From assembly GCA_002269645.1 (NCBI GenBank), contig NIVC01002247.1:62001-126000 (forward strand): a DNA stretch of 64,000 nucleotides. Reading direction: 5' to 3'. The stretch comes from Macrostomum lignano. Lineage: Eukaryota. Every line of letters starts with the position of its first letter. The first letter of the stretch is position 1. This document shows, piece after piece, positions 63,290 to 64,000 of this stretch. A model generated the notes under the pieces. The model was not told the origin of the DNA, did no database searches, and saw only the letters and a program-made list of their open reading frames with translations. The translations under genes were made by a program, and so were the position numbers.

Positions 63290-63990
63290 TCCCTCTTATT
63301 GCGACTTAGTTGCTTCTTTTTGCGACTTACCTAATCCTTTTTGCGACTTACTTAATCCTTTTTGCGACTTACCTATTCCTTTTGCGACTTACCTAACCCT
63401 TTTGCGACTTACCTAATCCTTTTTGCGACTTACTTAATCCTTTTGCGACTTACCTAACCCTTTGTGACTTACCTAATCCTTTTTGCGACTTACCTAATCC
63501 TTTTTGCGACTTACTTAATCCTTTTTGCGACTTACCTGATCCTTTTGCGACTTACCTAACCCTTTTGCGACTTACCTAATCCTTTTTGCGACTTACTTAA
63601 TCCTTTTTGCGACTTACCTAATCCTTTTGCGACTTACCTAACCCTTTGTGACTTACCTAATCCTTTTTGCGACTTACTTAATCCTTTTGCGACTTACCTA
63701 ACCCTTTGTGACTTACCTAATCCTTTTTGCGACTTACCTAATCCTTTTTGCGACTTACCTAATCCTTTTTGCGACTTACCTAATCCTTTTGCGACTTAGC
63801 TGATCCTTTTGCGACTTACCTAACCCTTTTGCGACTTAGCTGATCCTTTTGCGACTTACCTAATCCTTTTTGGGACTTACCTAATCCTTTTTGCGACTTA
63901 CCTAACCCTTTTGCGACTTACCTAATTCCTGTTGCGACTTACCTGATCCTTTTTGCGACTTACCTGATTATTTTTACAACTTAGTTTGCT
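63290..63990. repeat. ~21-22-bp minisatellite (TTTTGCGACTTACCTAATCCT)
   Basis: About 30 copies running to the window edge. Confidence 0.95.
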
Positions 63991-64000
63991 TCTTTTGCGA

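Overview
Eukaryotic (metazoan) genomic DNA with GT-AG introns. The GC-rich, poly-Q/poly-A exons and minisatellite-stuffed introns resemble the flatworm Macrostomum; this species call is inference only. Genes reconstructed by hand: (1) the 3' part of a TRPM-like channel (+, 3018-5045); (2) an orphan low-complexity gene (-, ~6243-7616); (3) a 15-exon gene (+, 10210-36738) encoding a ~5,300-aa protein, in which one N-terminal and four C-terminal galectin-like domains bracket a ~3,600-aa AHNAK/periaxin-like repeat array, an acidic 10-aa repeat and a poly-Q linker. This is the stand-out finding, and all 14 introns are phase-compatible once one missing base at ~21787 is restored. (4) A same-strand (-) run of four genes: an Emi1/Emi2-like APC/C inhibitor, a 93-aa ORF with only the TOX4 C-terminal Cys motif, CCR4/CNOT6, and an executioner caspase. 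This run is possibly operon-like. Mobile DNA includes a decayed Polinton-type protease, a tRNA-headed CORE-SINE, two MULE-like MITEs with 9-bp TSDs, a decayed piggyBac with TIRs, and a non-autonomous hAT with an 8-bp TSD. About 20 distinct micro/minisatellite arrays are present, and most of the long ORFs in the ORF track are artefacts of these repeats or antisense shadows.
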